From Callorhinchus milii (Eukaryota): a DNA stretch of 64,000 nt. Below the pieces are notes generated by a model, which was not told the DNA's origin, searched no databases, and saw nothing but the letters and a program-made list of their open reading frames with translations. The stretch spans positions 1-64,000 of the forward strand of contig NW_024704842.1 in NCBI RefSeq assembly GCF_018977255.1, read 5' to 3'. Within the stretch, counting starts at the first letter, position 1. Every line of letters begins with the position of its first letter. The translations under genes were made by a program, and so were the position numbers. This document shows positions 63,201-64,000 of the stretch, piece after piece.

Positions 63201-64000
63201 CTCCTACTGTACTCAGCCCATTGTTTTCTAACCCCATGTTGCACCCCTTTGTGCTAACCACGTCCCAACTGTTCTCACCTAACTCCGAGCGCTCAATGCT
63301 CCTGTGCTGACCCCAAATATGTTCAACTCCTATGCTACACCTCTATCTACTTAGTCCCTGTGCTCACCCACCCTGCACACTCCCCCCTATACTCTGCCCC
63401 TTGTAGTCGTCCCCTGTGCTCAGCCGCCTGTGCTCAACACTGCCCACAAACAGTGCTCACCCCACCAAACGACCCACTCGGAAAACGACCTGATGATGAT
63501 CGACAGATTTGTTTAACTAAGCAGATAACGCAGACAACATAAGTTTGCGACCTGCATTTATGTCCCTAGGGCAATGAGCGTGAACCCACTCCTTCCCACC
63601 AACCCGTCCACACCAGATTTAATAATAATACACTGACATATTGCGGGTTACAAACTTTTATCGGAATTTCCCTAATTCTAATTCCTAATGAGACATTGAA
63701 ATTCATCAGACAATGAATTAATTACCTGAGCAGATGACGCCGGCATCAGAGGAGTGTGACCAATAATAGTGACGCCAGGTCGCTGCGGAACAATATCTTA
63801 GAGCATACTCACTCCCTTTGCACCGAACATTATACGTTATAATGTGACCAGAGCCCATCCCAAAGTGAGCGTCTCCTGAGGCTGACAGCGCGGCTCCACA
63901 GCCCAACTCCTTACACACCACAGCCGCGTCCAGCATATCCCAACCAGAGTCACCAGAGCCAGAGCCATCCACTGTGCCCCATTGTCCATCGTGGTAAACC
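47851..64000 (-). CDS. Multi-exon SRCR + Ig-domain type I membrane receptor with ITIM-like cytoplasmic tail (5' end beyond window)
   Basis: 11 exons with canonical GT/AG boundaries and mutually compatible phases: SRCR (63726->64000), SRCR (60395-60706), short SRCR (57426-57677), Ig x3 (56580-56864, 55457-55741, 53730-54014), TM (52256-52354), cytoplasmic (51175-51202, 50386-50429, 49067-49107, 47851-47955). No stops until TAG at 47851-47853. Confidence 0.85.
48720..49045. repeat. Degenerate AGCT-rich minisatellite (GCTGACACAGGG/CTGAGCTGGG)
   Basis: 11 AGCT motifs counted in ~310 bp. Confidence 0.8.
52256..52354 (-). CDS. Transmembrane exon
   Basis: NWTWKHITGLAAGIVAALMIIVLLLGISEYKK: an uncharged hydrophobic stretch followed by basic stop-transfer residues. 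Pyrimidine-rich TAG acceptor, GTAAGT donor. Confidence 0.9.
52835..53330 (-). mobile_element. L2-clade LINE 3' fragment in the Ig-TM intron
   Basis: Near-identical to 26921-27420; (AAC)n tail. Confidence 0.9.
53730..54014 (-). CDS. Membrane-proximal Ig domain exon, 285 nt
   Basis: PRQKAKISLKPDSRVFVRGESAEISCSGNYPGSNFSLYRDD..AANYTCKY..SIASERVGITVR; phase 1-1. Confidence 0.9.
55457..55741 (-). CDS. Ig domain exon (LILR/OSCAR-like C2 type), 285 nt
   Basis: PLQKPTISLKSDSRMFGRGESAQISC..AGNYTCKY..SPESERVGIYLW; near-identical to the 56580-56864 exon. Confidence 0.9.
56580..56864 (-). CDS. Ig domain exon (LILR/OSCAR-like C2 type), 285 nt
   Basis: PLQKAIISLKADSPFFVRGESAQISCSGNYPGSIFSLYIDG..AGNYTCKYTTHIDGRKFTSPESERVGIYLW; phase 1-1. 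Confidence 0.9.
57120..57251. repeat. 17-bp minisatellite (CAGTGTGAGCTCGGGGA), 6 perfect plus 2 degenerate copies
   Basis: Directly readable head-to-tail units at 57137-57238, with no spacers. Confidence 0.95.
57426..57677 (-). CDS. Shortened SRCR exon (252 nt)
   Basis: [65 protein letters not shown]; phase 1-1. Confidence 0.88.
60395..60706 (-). CDS. SRCR exon (group B, 312 nt)
   Basis: [66 protein letters not shown]; phase 1-1. Confidence 0.95.
63726..64000 (-). CDS. SRCR exon (group B, partial at window edge)
   Basis: [55 protein letters not shown]; phase-1 GTAATT donor. Confidence 0.92.

Noticed and set aside
58011-63310. Many long ORFs (up to 244 aa) within the SRCR introns
   Set aside because: Products of stop-poor C/T- or C/A-rich low-complexity sequence.

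Overview
Vertebrate genomic DNA from a cartilaginous fish. The SINE/L2/CR1 repertoire and the NAR-type V suggest a chimaera such as the elephant shark, but the species is an inference. Bases 1-42.5 kb are part of a T-cell receptor alpha/delta V cluster with 20 V-type segments, all on the + strand; 19 retain a 3' RSS with a 22/23-bp spacer. About 8 look functional and about 12 are pseudogenes or have defective leaders. Embedded in the cluster (22.1-26.2 kb) is a complete NAR-TCR cassette: leader, IgNAR-like V, a 12/12-RSS D, a J, and a leaderless supporting TCR-delta V, with the expected pair of non-canonical cysteines. There is also a recent ~5.4-kb tandem duplication, plus V-less orphan RSSs whose homology starts at the heptamer. 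From 47.85 kb to the window end, on the - strand, 11 phase-compatible exons assemble into an unusual type I membrane receptor: at least 3 group-B SRCR domains, 3 leukocyte-receptor-complex-like Ig domains, a TM segment, and a cytoplasmic tail with three ITIM/ITSM-like tyrosine motifs. No TCR D/J/C exons for the conventional V segments are in the window. Most other ORFs in the track are artefacts of SINEs, LINEs and low-complexity DNA. All exon models were read by eye and are not transcript-validated.
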